64,000 nucleotides of DNA, from contig OX597831.1 of assembly GCA_951406725.2 (NCBI GenBank), positions 72,106,001 to 72,170,000 on the forward strand, read 5' to 3'. Below, one piece after another: positions 14,108 through 26,728 of the stretch. Source of the stretch: Octopus vulgaris (Eukaryota). Numbering within the stretch: the stretch's first letter is position 1; each line of letters opens with the position of its first letter. Both the position numbers and the translations under genes were made by a program. A model generated the notes under the pieces. That model had not been told where the DNA came from, searched no databases, and was given only the letters and a program-made list of their open reading frames with translations.

Positions 14108-14147
14108 AAGAAATGACCGGTTTCGCGTTCAGCTTTTCAAATTTCTT
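14108..14147 (-). ncRNA. Minimal type I hammerhead, U3-A8 variant core
   Basis: AAGAAAT-TTGAAAA-GC tgaac GC-GAAAC CG GTC-ATTTCTT. Stem I is a perfect 7 bp, the stem III region is palindromic (ACCGGT), and the triplet is GUC. Confidence 0.7.
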
Positions 14148-15922
14148 ACATCGTTATGTTTACGTTGAGACGAGTTATCGTTATGTTTATGTTGAGAAGA
14201 GTTCTAGATAAGGGGAGGTAATAAGTGATTTCTTCCTGTGTAAGGGAGATAATCGTTTAAAATTTTTCGCCTTTCCTTTGGAGCGAATTTCTCTGTATAA
14301 GTATGTTGGAATGGTTAAGTCTGGGCTTGTACTTTTCAATGAAGAATGTTTCCTTGTTTAGTCTAATTTGTGTTAGGCCTAACCAACTCACTCATTTCTT
14401 CTCCTCTTGTGACACATATTTTATATACTCTCAGGTAACACACTAACCAGTGTGATCAATCATTACTTCCCAGAATGTCAGTCGTGAGTGTTTTTCTTTT
14501 CTTTTTGTTTGTGCAATGATAGACTTTCAAACGTAGCTTATCTAGGGCTACGTAATATAATGTAGAATATCAACCACACCTTTCTCATTGTCATACCTGT
14601 GAAAATGATGGGCAGGGTATCTTCCAGAACAACCCCATCACCACCATGAAAATATTTTTAAAATGTCAAGTAACACTAAGATCTACAATGCAAAAATATT
14701 GCAAGTGAATGAAAAGCGAATCTCAGAATGAAATGCAATTTCCGAAGTGCAGGTCTCCAGGTACCTCGTGGCTGGGAAACGGCTTGGTTTTCATTTGCAG
14801 CCAAAACGACTTGGTTTTCATTTGCAGGCATGAACGTCATAAATCCCCGTTTCCCTAAATAGAAATTTGTTTATGTTTAGTCAAAAGACTTAATGGTGTT
14901 TGTGTCTACTAAAGAAATAAATGTATTTTCTTTCCATGAACTATAATCCCTATTTTTTTTTTGAGAATCGTTGTGATATTGTGATGCCCACGTCTTTATC
15001 AGAGAGCTGCAGCAACCAAATGCGTATCGAAAGCGCGTCGCAAAAGCGAGTCAATTATTATCAAACAACTTATCAAACAACGATGACCAACCAACTAAAT
15101 ACGCACAAATATTGATTTCAAATTTTGGCAAAAGGCCAGCAAGTTCGGAAGGAGAGATGAGTCGATTAGATCAATCCCAGTGCTCGGCTGGTTTTTATTT
15201 TATTTTATCGACCGCGAAATGATGAAAGTTAAAGTCAACCTCGGCAGAATTTGAACCCTGAACGCAAAGAAGGACGAAATGCTGCTAAGCATTTGGCACA
15301 GCATACTATCGACTCTACCAACTCGCTGCCTTAGATACGCACACATATTAAATAGCATCGCGTCTGGTTGTTCTCAATTATGATTTTAAGACATTAAACC
15401 GAATCTGTAAAATATAAATGCAAACTATGTAGATATTCCACAAATGTTTTCAAGGGAAAGGATAAGAAGAATGCGATGAGCTGTCGAAGGGAAAGGAATC
15501 TTGGTTCCGTAAGTGGGGTAGGGTGGAGCACGCAAAAAAAAAAACAAGATTTTAAAAAAAAGTACTTCTATTCTAACACTGTGTTGCTCTTTTGCCTGAA
15601 ATCTGCAATATTTTAAAACTTTTTTAAAAATGTCTAGCCAAGATTTTAAACTAATGAATCACTTTAAAATATGTCTTAAACTAATAAAAAGCAGAATTTG
15701 ATTTGTGTTTACAGTGTCAAATACTCTCCTCTTATCCTTCTCTCCCTCTCTCTCTCTCCCTCTTTCTCTCTCTCTCTCTCTCTCGCTGTCTTTCTCTGGA
15801 TAACTCTGAAATTTTGATAAATCAATATCACACATAAACACATGCATACACATATATGTACATATGTGCATACATACATGCATGCATACACACGTATATT
15901 CAGAAATATACATACATACACA

Positions 15923-15990
<68 letters not shown>

Positions 15991-15997
15991 GAGCACT

Positions 15998-16035
<38 letters not shown>

Positions 16036-16079
16036 TGCATCAATGCATCTCTGCATATATATATTTACATACATGTACT

Positions 16080-16136
<57 letters not shown>

Positions 16137-16154
16137 CTGTGTGTATGTATGTAT

Positions 16155-16197
<43 letters not shown>

Positions 16198-18077
16198 CAC
16201 AAGCAAACAAATACACACTCATACTCACGCGCGCGCACATATCCGCACGCACGCACGCACGCGCGTGACGTTTGACGTTTTCCTGTTTTTCTTTGAATTT
16301 TCAGCACCGAAATATATTAGATGGAAGAGAATCTTTGGAAGCAGCTTGGAAAGAACTACGCTAACGTGTAACAGAAGAAAGAATGTAAAGAATTCACGGA
16401 TGTCAGCTTGACTTTACTAGCGTAAATAAGAAATGCAGTTGAGTCTGCATATTATTATTATTATTATTATAAGGGCGTTGGACCCGCAGAATCGTTAGAG
16501 CGTCGAACAAAACGCTTTGCGGTGTTTGGTTACAACACTTAACGTTTCCGTCGATGCTTAAAATCTAAACATCGTAAGCAAGGGAGTTAACTCGATTAAG
16601 CCCCCACCTCCCGTCAAGGTTGACTTCGCCTATATCCTTCTGAGTTCGATAAAATATAAATTACCAGTTAAATGCTGGTGTCGATTTAACCTGCTGACCT
16701 CTTCCCTCCAAAACTTCTGGCCTTGTGCCTTGAGCAACGATCTGGCAGTATCGTTAGCACGCCGGAAGAAAATATTTCTTCAGCAGTATTTCTTCAAGAT
16801 TTACGGTCTCAGTTCAAATTCCTCCCAGGTCGACTTTGACGTTCATCCTTTCGGGGGTCGATAAAATAAATACCAGCTGAGCACTGGAGGCCGATGTATT
16901 CAGGCTCCCTTGAAATTGCTGGCCAACATTTAAAACAAATATAGGCATAAATCGCAGCCATTTTCGTCGGCGAAAATTTAACTATGATTTGAGAAAATAT
17001 AAGTTGGAGAAATTCTCAACAATAAAACGGAGTGTATTTTGTTATTGTTTTAACCTCAACAGAATGTTTTATTTTTTAAAAATAAAATGAGTACCAGTCA
17101 AGTACTGGGGTCGATGTAATCGACACCCCCCTACCTCAAAAACTGCTGGTCTTATGCCAAAATTCAAATTCCGCCGAGGTCGACTTTGCCTTTTATCCTT
17201 TCAGGGTCGAAGAAAAGAGTACCAGTCGAGTCCTGGGGGTCGATGTAATCAACTATCCCCTTCCTCAATCTCAAGCCTTGTGCCTATAGTAGAAAGGATT
17301 ATTATTATTAGTATAGTAAAAGCGTTGGATTTCCTAAATGCGAAAGAGTGGCGAAAAATCCGCACTGCGATATTTAGCCACGATTCTTTATATTCAGAGT
17401 TCAAAACCGGCCAAGTTCAATTTTGATTTTCATCCGACAGAGGATCGTTTAAAAGGATATGTTTCTGTCTTATTGAATTTCCTCATCGATTAACTTAGAC
17501 TATCCGTGCAATTAATGCACAAAAACTCCTTCTGTGTAGCGTTTAAAATCTAAACACTGCAAACAAAGGAGATAACTAGATTAAGATCAATTACTGAAAT
17601 ACTTTGTAACTAAGCACAATGGAGTGTGTAATGAATCTCATCGGTGAAGCTAAAGAGGAAGATAACAGGCATGTTTCGGTCTTATTAGATCTCTTCAGCG
17701 AAGCATATCCTGCTCAGGATGATCGGAATGTAAAAGAAATAGAGAGAATTTAGTGACGTTTTTTTTATGAATGTAACTGATATTTAAAGGAACTAAATCA
17801 GAGAAGTGTTTGCATCGTAAATACAAATATGGTAGCCAGATAGGGTAGCCAGGTAGAATATGCTTTACTGAGAAGGTTTAAATGCAATCGAAACACGTCC
17901 ATTGCATTCACTAGTTGGGCTTGCTTACATGATACGATTCATATTCATATCAACCTGCATCATCTTCATTTTCCAATAATTTCGACTTTGATGATCTCAG
18001 TTGATCAAAGTTTTATAACTCACTGCGTTGCATATGTGAGACACTACCGTATTCTTATTTAGTATTTAGTCTGCAGA

Positions 18078-18740
18078 AGGCGGAGGGACTGCAGTATCGT
18101 TAGCACGCCGAGGGAAAACTGCTTTTTTTTTGGCTTTTTTTTAGCGACATTTCATCCGTCATTACGTTCTGAGTTCAAATTCCGCCGAGGTCGACTTAGC
18201 CGTTCATCTTTTCGCAGTCGATAAACGAAGTACCAATTGAGCTCTGGGGGTCGATGTAATCGACTTAACTCCTCACACGAAATTACTGACTTTATTGCCA
18301 AAGTTTGAAACCATTATTTAGTATCGAAAAGGTTGCGAGTTGGCAGAATCATTAGCACACCGGGAAAATTGCTGAGCGGTATTTCGTTTGTCTTTACGTC
18401 CGTAGCTCAAATTCCGCTGAGGTTGACCTTGACTCTCACCCCTTCGGGGTCGATAAGATAAGTACAAGTCAAGTACTAGAGTTGATGTAATCAACTTCCT
18501 CTCCCCCGAAATTACTGGCTTTGTACCAAAATTCGAAACTATTATTTAGTATACACAAAGGCTGGTAGAATTCTTAGAACGTCGAAAGAAAATGCTTTGC
18601 GGTATTTGTTCTCGTTCTTTAAGCTATGAGTTCAAATGCTGCCGAGGCCAACTTTACTTTTTATCCTTTCAAGGTCGATAAAATAAAGGACCAGTCAAGT
18701 ACTGGAGTCGATGTAACTGACTGTCCTTCTTCCACTAAAA
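18078..18740 (+). mobile_element. Three head-to-tail copies of tRNA-derived SINE family B
   Basis: Repeats of the GGCAGAATCGTTAG...GTTCAAATTCCGCCGAGGTCGAC...GTCGATAA...AGTACCA type, each preceded by TTATTTAGTAT, at about 240 bp period. Confidence 0.8.
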
Positions 18741-18854
18741 CTGCTCGTATTCAGAACGTTCTCCTGAAGTCCTTTCCCTCAGTCAACTTGTTTGATATTC
18801 ATATTCAAGAGTCTACCATTATATATATTGCCAAATGTGTAATGGTGTGATAGT

Positions 18855-19180
18855 GTAGTGAAGTTCTCGAAAGGGGTCCTTATAAGATTTTGGAGGGTCC
18901 ATGCAGTAAAATAGTAAATTGGGCCTCTACAATAGTATTTTAAGGACTCCTGAAAAAATTTTGCTTTTGATGCATATATTGGTATGTATTGCAAGAAACA
19001 GCTCGGTTTCCTTATCTAACGTTTTACAGAGTTCAAACTACACAAGTTAATGTGTGATGAACTAAGTAGGAATTTAAAAAAAGCTTCTTATAGAAACTCG
19101 GATGGCTATGGTGGAGGCTACCAGAATAAAATAGTAATCAGAGGGGTCCATAGATAAAAGTTGGTCGAGAATCCTGAGTG
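18855..19180 (+). mobile_element. Non-autonomous hAT-like MITE; a second copy lies inverted at about 45480-45770
   Basis: Shared core TTTTACAGAGTTCAAACTACACAAGTTAATGTGTG. The 45.7 kb copy ends in a CAGTAGCTCTCAAC (Charlie-like) terminus. Confidence 0.55.
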
Positions 19181-19537
19181 TAGGCTTCAGCCAAGACAGA
19201 ACAACCAGTTGTTTGGTTGATGAGAAGTTTACAGCAAATGAATGGGTGGACTACATTCCACAGTCTCAGTCACATTAATGAATCATTCAGATTAAACGTG
19301 CTTGTTTATATATATATATATATATATTGAAGTAAATTCGGGGCGGAGTTATTTTTAGTTTGGAAGATTGTGACGGTGGTGGTGGTGGTGGTGGTAGTAG
19401 TGATCATGGCGGCGATATTGTTGTTCTCTTCATTTTCTTCTTTCTTCTTCAAATCAGCCCTGATCAAACTGGGTTGGAGAGAATTTCAACCGTAATCATC
19501 CCGTCATTACGCAAACATGCACACACACACACATATA

Positions 19538-21018
19538 CAGCCTTGGTCAAAAGTATTAGGCCACCCCAATGTTCTGGGGTTCTGCTATCTCAATGTTCAT
19601 GAAACTCGTGCACATGGTAGATTATGGTATATTTCACAATATGCCTTGGTTTTAATATCTGGTTTACCCGCCTTTACCGTCAATTACCACTTTTATACTA
19701 TACTGTACATGTTCAACCAATTATGAGTTAGACCAACGTGCAAAATTAATTATGTTTCCTTGATTATTTCAGAGATTTATGCTAAGATACATTGTAGATA
19801 CAGTTAATGAACAGCAAAATGCCTAAAAGAAGGCAGTTGAGTGAATGTGAGCGAGGTCAAATCGTAGCTCGTCATGAAGATGGAATGTCTCAAAGGCAAA
19901 TTGCTCAGAAGATGCAATGTTATCGATGTGCAGTGCAAACGACTCTCTAGCACTTCAGAGAGACAAAAGATGTGAAGACAATACAAAGAACAGGCAGAAA
20001 AAAGGTTACATCACCTCGTGATGATAGATCCATCATCCGTCAGTTGCTCAGAAATAGAAAAACATCGTCGGAGTTCTGTGCGGACTTCAACACGGCAAAT
20101 GCTTCACAAATATCAACCAGAACTGTTAGAAGAAGGCTTGTAGAGTACAGTCTGAAAGGCTGTAAAGCCAGGAAGAGGCCATGGGTTTCTGAAGCGAATA
20201 TGGAAAAACATCTTCTTTGGGCCAAAAGCCACTCAAATTGGACCAGTAAGCAATGGTCAAAAGTCATATGGTCTGATGAAAGTAACTATGAAGTAAGATA
20301 GTACATGTATTCAATCAACATATAAACTTAATGTAACTGGTTTGTTGCCTAAAATATATAAAAAAAAGTATCCAACATAAAGCTAATATTAATTTTCAGG
20401 TTTTTAGTCAGGTTTTCTGTACATTTGGTGCAACTTTCATGCGTCGCAGACTTGGGAAAGCATTTAAGGCTGAATGTCTGGTACCAACCATAAAACATGG
20501 GAGTAGTTCTAACATGGTGTGGGCCTGCATGTCTGCCACAGAATCCGGAGAAATGTTTTTATGTCAGGGAAGGATAAATTCAGCTACCTATGCTTCTATG
20601 TTATCAGATGTTTTAGAGCCATCAGTTGCTAAACTGCATCCAGGAGGGTCAGAAAACAGTGTAATCTTTCAACAGGACAACGCTCCATGTCATACAGCAA
20701 AGAATACTCAACAATGGTCTGAGACACAGGGTATTGTTCCCACAGACTGTCCAGCTCAAAGTCCCGATCTAAATCCGATCGAACGCCTATGGGGAACTCT
20801 TGGTGAAGCTATCAGGAACACAACAATTGAAAATAAAGAGCATTTGTACCAAACGTTAAGAGAAGAATGGAGTAAAATTGCACCTAGCACCTGCAAGAAA
20901 CTAGTTGATTCAATGCCTGACCGTATAAAAGCGGTAATTGATGCTAAAGGAGGGTCAGCCAGATATTAAAACTAATGTATATTGTGAGATATACCATAAT
21001 CTACCATGTGTGTGAGTT
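19538..21018 (+). mobile_element. Tc1-family (DD34E) transposon with an intron-containing transposase pseudogene and long TIRs; right TIR truncated
   Basis: Left end is TA|CAGCCTTGGTCAAAAGTATT. ATG at 19819 begins MPKRRQLSECERGQIV (HTH), with an in-frame TAG near 19948. Motifs are WSDE, QQDNAPCH and SPDLNPIE, with 34 residues between D and E. GT-AG intron at 20293-20411, stop at 20969. 19602-19720 is the inverse of 20901-21018. Confidence 0.92.
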
Positions 21019-21959
21019 GGGAAGCAAACTTTTAATCACAGAGCCGCGCCTCACACGGATGGTCAGCATAGTCAAGGTTAGAGAGACGTCTTAATCACTT
21101 TGTCTTTAAATGACAAGCTGCGATGTGAGGTGTTCTGTTTGCAATTCTTCAAATCATCGGCCAATGGTCTCTTTAATTGGTCGTATTGTGTTTAGCTCTA
21201 AAAACGTAAGCACTTGTTCTTAGGATAATTACCATTCTGTATTAAGCATAACTTCAATATCTTTATGGCTTTATATTGGCACGCCGGCTAAGATGCTTAG
21301 CAACATTTCGTTCGACCGTATGTTCTAAGTTCAAATTCCGCCGATGTTCGACTTTGCCTTTCATCGTTTCGAGGTCGATAAAATAAGTACCAGCTGAGTC
21401 CTGGGATTGATATAGTCGACTTACCCCTCCCCCGAAATTGCTGGCTTTATGCCAAAATTTGAAACCAATATTTTTAAGCACTTCCCTCACACCCATTTCC
21501 TGCCTCTCGTTTCACCGTGGCTCACCCTCTCTCTTTTTATCCCTACCTATCTCCCCAATTTTACCACCATCTGCACTCTTATTTTTCATCACCACCTCTT
21601 TTTCACTCTCTCCCTTTTCATCATTGCAGCTCTTTCGCTCTTTTCCTTTACCAAGACACCGTTTTTTTTTTACCCTCACTCTTATTAACCCTTTCTCTTT
21701 CTTCAACATTTACTTGCCAGTCATTTACTACACCACTTCCAGAATCCAACACTAGGAAACTGTATAAATTTACAAACCAATTAAACTCATATCAGCACTG
21801 AGATCAATGATGGAATTAAAAATAAGATAATTTACTAAATTATTAACTATATCATTCGAGGCACGAACATTTTAAAAAATATTTACGCCTACAATTACTA
21901 AAGATAAAACTGATGGCGGGGAGGGGTCGATGTAATCTTTTTGATTAATAACCTAGATA

Positions 21960-23045
21960 CAAGGTGGTATCAAAAGGTTCCAAGACTAGTTCTGTAGCAC
22001 GCCAACAGATGGCAGTACACGGTTACGTGCGCAGTGAGAGCCAGCCGTGACTTCGCAAGTTGTGAAATTTGTGATCATGTGTATCCTGTAGTCTGCGATC
22101 TTTGTCATAGACAGGAAGTTGGAACAGGGAGCCAACGTGGAATTTTGCATTAAACTTGAGAAGTCTGCTACAGAGACATTGAGCATAATTCGGTAAGCTT
22201 ACGGCGATGAGGCAATGGGGTCGTACGCAATGTTTCGAATGGGGCGGGCGCCTCAAAAGCGGGAAAACGTCCCTGAAAGACCGCGAGTGATCTGGAAGAC
22301 CCGCCACGAATGACACCCCCGGAAATGTGGAAAAAAATTCATCAGGACAATCAACGATGTTTTGAAGTGATTGAAGGATTTTCGGCGAAAGCGACTGGAT
22401 CTGTGCAGCGCGAAGAACTGGAGTCTTCACGATGACAATACACCGCCACTGGGCTCTCCTCATTCGTGAGTTTCTCGCCAAAAACAACATGGTGTCGCTT
22501 CTGCACCTGTCCTATATCCCAGATTTAGCACCTGCAAACTTCTATCGCTTCCTCAAGAAGAAAATGCAACTCAAAGGTCGCCGTTTTAATACCTATTTCT
22601 TTATTACTGACAAGGGGCTAAACACAGAGGGGCCAAACAAGGACAGACATAGGCATTAAGTCGATTACATCGACCCCAGTGCGTAACTGGTACTTAATTT
22701 ATCGACCCCGAAAGGATGAAAGGCAAAGTCGACCTCGGCGGAATTTGAACTCACAACGTAACGCAGACGAAATACGGCTACGCATTTCGCCCGGCGCGCT
22801 AACGTTTCTGCCAGCTCGCCGCCATAATCGCCGTTTTAATACCGTTGCTAAAATCCAGTGCGAATCACAGAAGGTCCAAGACCCGCTAACAGAAAACGAC
22901 TCCCAGGTCGGGTTCCAAAAATTGGCAGTAATGCCGGGACCGGTGTATTGCTGCACAAGGTGACTGTTTCGAAGGAGATTATGTTAAAGCTTGGGTAAAT
23001 AATTTGCTTTTTATTAAACATAACAAGTCCGAGAACATTATGATA

Positions 23046-23052
<7 letters not shown>
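21960..23052 (+). mobile_element. Internally deleted mariner element with degenerate TIRs, carrying a SINE insertion
   Basis: Left end CAAGGTGGTATCAAAAGGTTCC versus right-end reverse complement GAGATGGTATCATAATGTTCTC. Fragments read EQGANVEFCIKLEKSATET and YIPDLAPANFYRFLKKKMQLKGRRF. Confidence 0.8.
22594..22827 (-). mobile_element. tRNA-derived SINE family B with a 16 bp TSD
   Basis: TSD TCGCCGTTTTAATACC at 22578-22593 and 22828-22843. Other family B copies lie at about 5075, 7295, 15115, 21275, 27550, 33000, 42020, 47358, 48744, 57972, 59705, 60995 and 62880. Confidence 0.9.
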
Positions 23053-23084
<32 letters not shown>

Positions 23085-23811
23085 ACTCTCATGGGGACGT
23101 GTGATCTACAAAGAATAAAGACCAATCCCAGTTCTTGATTGCAGCTCAAGACTCAGGAAGAGTAAAAGGACACAGTTGGCCTGAGATTTGAGCTCTGTAA
23201 ATACTTATATACCTTTCATCTGTTTACTGGTTTCAGCCATTGGACGGTGGCCATGCTGGGGTAATTAACTTGAAGGATTTAGTCAAACAAATTGACCCCA
23301 GTACTTTATTCTTTTCTAAGCCTAGTACTTATTCTATCAGTCTCTTTTTGCCGAACCGCTATGTTACGGAGACGAAAACAAACCAATACCGGTTGTCAAG
23401 TGGTGGATGGGACAAACACTAACATCCACACACACAAACACACGCATACGATGGGCTTCTTTCCTACTTTCAGTTTCCGTCTACCAAATCCACTCACATG
23501 GCTTTGGTTGGCATGGGGCTATAGTAGAAGACATTTGTCCAAGATGCCATGCAGTGGGACTGAACCTGGAACCATGTGGTTGGGAAGCAAGCTTGTTTTC
23601 CATGACAGCCTATTTTATATATACATAGAGTTCATATTTACAGAAAAACAAAAGACGAAGACAGGTGTAAGAACAAGCAGGTGTATTAGCTTAACGCTCA
23701 GGAAAATGGAAAAGTCTTTTACATTTCGGGCCTACGGTCTTCGAAAGGAATAAGAGGGAAAAAATGGAGAGAGAAAATAACAGTGTAGACTTCAGTGGTC
23801 CAACGTGTATA

Positions 23812-23843
<32 letters not shown>

Positions 23844-23844
<1 letters not shown>

Positions 23845-24704
23845 TAACAATTGAGGATAAAATCTTTAAAAGAAATTATCAGTAGTCAGCGTGAAAAACC
23901 TCGTAAGAGAAAAAATCCGTAAATTCTTCCTCTTTGAAAATATTCATTTATATTATAATGAGGGTACTACTATTAGTAGATACAAACACGCTAAGAGGGA
24001 CCAATACGGTCAAAACTACTAAAAATAAACAAAATATTACCGAATGCAAAACTTCAAAACACATCATTTAAAAAAATTTTTAAATGATGTGTTTTTGAAG
24101 TTTTGCATTCGGTAATATTTTGTTTATTTTTAGTAGTTTTGACCGTATTGGTCCCTCTTAGCGTGTTGGTATCTACTAATAGTAGTACCCTCATTATAAT
24201 ATAAATGAATATTTTCAAAGAGGAAGAATTTACGGATTTTTTCTCTTACAAGGTTTTTCACGCTGACTACTGATAATTTCTTTTAAAGATTTTATCCTCA
24301 ATCGTTAATTTATATTTTTCACCGGAATAGTTCAATACTGAATTTTTATTCCGACTAGGCAATTTGTTACCGAAATGCATTGCGAAAAAGCCCGCCATTT
24401 TCATAGATATGTAAGGATAAACATTCGTACATGCTACGATGAATTCTACGGTTGGCTATCGAGTTTGTAATGTTATGTTTTTTCTTATATCTCTTGAGTT
24501 TGTTGCACTGACGAACATGAAATGCATATTCTGCATTAAATGCGAAATCACATGTTATATGTAACTGAATTCTTTTTTAAAATGATGTGTTTTTGAAGTT
24601 TTGCATTCGGTAATATTTTGTTTATTTTTAGTAGTTTTGACCGCATTGGTCCCTCTTAGCGTGTTGGTATCTACTAATAGTAGTACCCTCATTATAATAT
24701 AATA

Positions 24705-24705
<1 letters not shown>
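23844..24705 (+). mobile_element. Non-coding PLE/retrozyme-like element: palindrome with about 230 bp arms, a 500 bp unit with a hammerhead, and a partial direct repeat
   Basis: 23844-24075 is the near-perfect inverse of 24077-24308. 24078-24203 is repeated directly at 24577-24702. TA runs flank both ends. Confidence 0.8.
24502..24565 (+). ncRNA. Type I hammerhead ribozyme motif
   Basis: GTTGCA-CTGACGA-aCAT..AATGCA tattc TGCATT..ATGc-GAAA-tcacatg-TTA-ta-TGTAAC. Stem I is GTTGCA/TGTAAC; the first stem II pair is mismatched. Confidence 0.65.
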
Positions 24706-24772
<67 letters not shown>

Positions 24773-25699
24773 GATGCCTGTGTAGTAGGAAGCTGGCTTC
24801 CTAACCAAATGGTTCTGTGTTCAGTCCCACTGCATGGCACCCTGTGCAACTGTCATCCCATACAGCCTCAGGCTAACTAAAACCTTGTGAGTGGATTTAG
24901 TAGATGGAAACTGAAAGAAGCTCATCATATATATATACATACATATCTGTATGTATGTCTTTGTATCTGTTTGTCACCACTTGACAACCGTTGTTGGTGT
25001 GTTTATGCCCCCATAACATTGCAGTTTGGCAAAAGAAACTGACAGAATAAGTATTAGGCTTTACAAAAATAAGTCCTGGGGTCAATTTGCTCAATTAAAA
25101 CCCTTCAAAGTGGTGTTCCAGCATGGCTGCGGTCGAATGACTGAAACAAGTAAAAGAATAAAAGAAGGCTATTTGTAACCTGATTTTAGGATAGGTACAC
25201 TGTGTCCTTGCATATGTAATGGATCAACAAAAGGGCTGACAACACAAAGGGTACCTGGCCATAAAACACTTAGAAAACCTGTCAAATCTATGCCAGGATG
25301 GAAACAGATGAGAAATGATGCCAATAACACACACACTCACACTCACACACACATATATTGTCGTTGTATAGTCTGATGAGCGGTCCACAAGGCTGTGGCT
25401 TTTGAGGATGCAAAACCATTGGTAACTCTATGACCAGAATTTAACTTTTTGTTTTCATACATTGTGTTTTAGTCATCAGACTGTGGCAATGAGGGGCGCC
25501 ACCTTGAAGAATTTTAGCAGCTAGTTACAGGGATGTAAACACACCAACACTGGTTGTCAAGTGGTACTGAAGGACACATACAGACACACATATATATATA
25601 TATAAGTTCAGCAAAATTTAGATTCAGATGAATATGGTACTTAAGTCAAAGGCACCAGAATTTTGCATGGTATTATACATATAAACCAAATGGGGTAAT

Positions 25700-25893
25700 T
25701 ATAATCAAAATAAGCAACAAGGATATTCAAGGTAGTGTAGTACAATCGTTTCATGCTACTTCATTTTATTAAACACTGTAAGATTGCTCGACATTTTAAA
25801 ACTGATGTAATACTTACAGTGTTTAATAAAATGAAGTAGCATGAAATGATTGTACTACTCTACCTTGGATATCCTTGTTGCTTATTTTGATTA
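25700..25893. repeat. Inverted repeat (about 80 bp arms, about 30 nt spacer) in a TA tract
   Basis: TAATCAAAATAAGCAACAAGGATAT...CACTGTAAG pairs with CTTACAGTG...ATATCCTTGTTGCTTATTTTGATTA. The arms carry GAAA(C/T)GATTGTA, resembling a hammerhead 3' half. Confidence 0.85.
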
Positions 25894-26287
25894 TATGTAT
25901 ATATATAAATACATACACGTGCACATGACAGGCTTCTTTCAGTTTCTGGCTACCAAATTCACTCACAAGGTTTTGGCTGGCCTAAGGCTAGAGTAGAAAA
26001 CACTTGCCCATGGTTCCATGCAGTGGGACTGAACCTGGAACCAGGTGGTTGAGAAGCAAGCTACTTACCACACAGCCATGCCTGCATCCAGCTGTAAAAA
26101 TCATGCCAAAGCAGACACAGTAGCCTAGGGTAGTCTTCTATCTGACCAGGTCCTGTCAAACCATCCAGCCCATGCCAGCATGGAAGGCAGATGTTGAACA
26201 ATAATGATGATGATGATTGACCATGTGTGTACCGTTGACGATTTTTTTTCCTCTGTCTTCCCTTCTCTGGATCTTTCCTTTTCCTAT

Positions 26288-26323
26288 GCTTCTGACGAAG
26301 AGCTCCGCTCGAAACATTAAACC
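26288..26323 (+). ncRNA. Minimal type I hammerhead motif in a short PLE-like end (about 26220-26425)
   Basis: gctt-CTGACGA-a-GAGC tcc GCTC-GAAAC-a-TTA-aac. The 4 bp stem II is perfect; stem I is weak. Confidence 0.65.
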
Positions 26324-26422
26324 CTCCTTCTTCCCTTCCTTCCTGAGCGTCCAATAATGCTATATTTGTTCCACGTCCTCGCGTTGTTGTGTTTTCTCTT
26401 TGTGTTTTCATGTCCGGATTAA

Positions 26423-26463
<41 letters not shown>

Positions 26464-26489
26464 ATATATAATTATTATATATATACTAC

Positions 26490-26526
<37 letters not shown>

Positions 26527-26530
<4 letters not shown>

Positions 26531-26693
26531 CGCAGGAGTGGCTGTGTGGTAAGTAGCTTGCTAGCCAACCACATGGTTCCGGGTTCAGTCCCACTGTGTG
26601 GCATCTTGGGCAAGTGTCTTCTGCTACAGCCCCGGGCCGACCAATGCCTTGTGAGTGGATTTGGTAGACGGAAACTGAAAGAAGCCTGTCGTA

Positions 26694-26728
<35 letters not shown>

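Noticed and set aside
23700-23752. Hammerhead-like remnant (minus strand TTTCGAAGACCGTAGGCCCGAAATGTA); also a GAAACAGCTGTA half-motif near 29345
   Set aside because: The CUGANGA strand is missing or too degenerate, so these were not counted as ribozymes.
26527-26600. tRNA-like A/B-box sequences at SINE heads
   Set aside because: I could not build a full cloverleaf, and each continues into a SINE body, so they are not tRNA genes.
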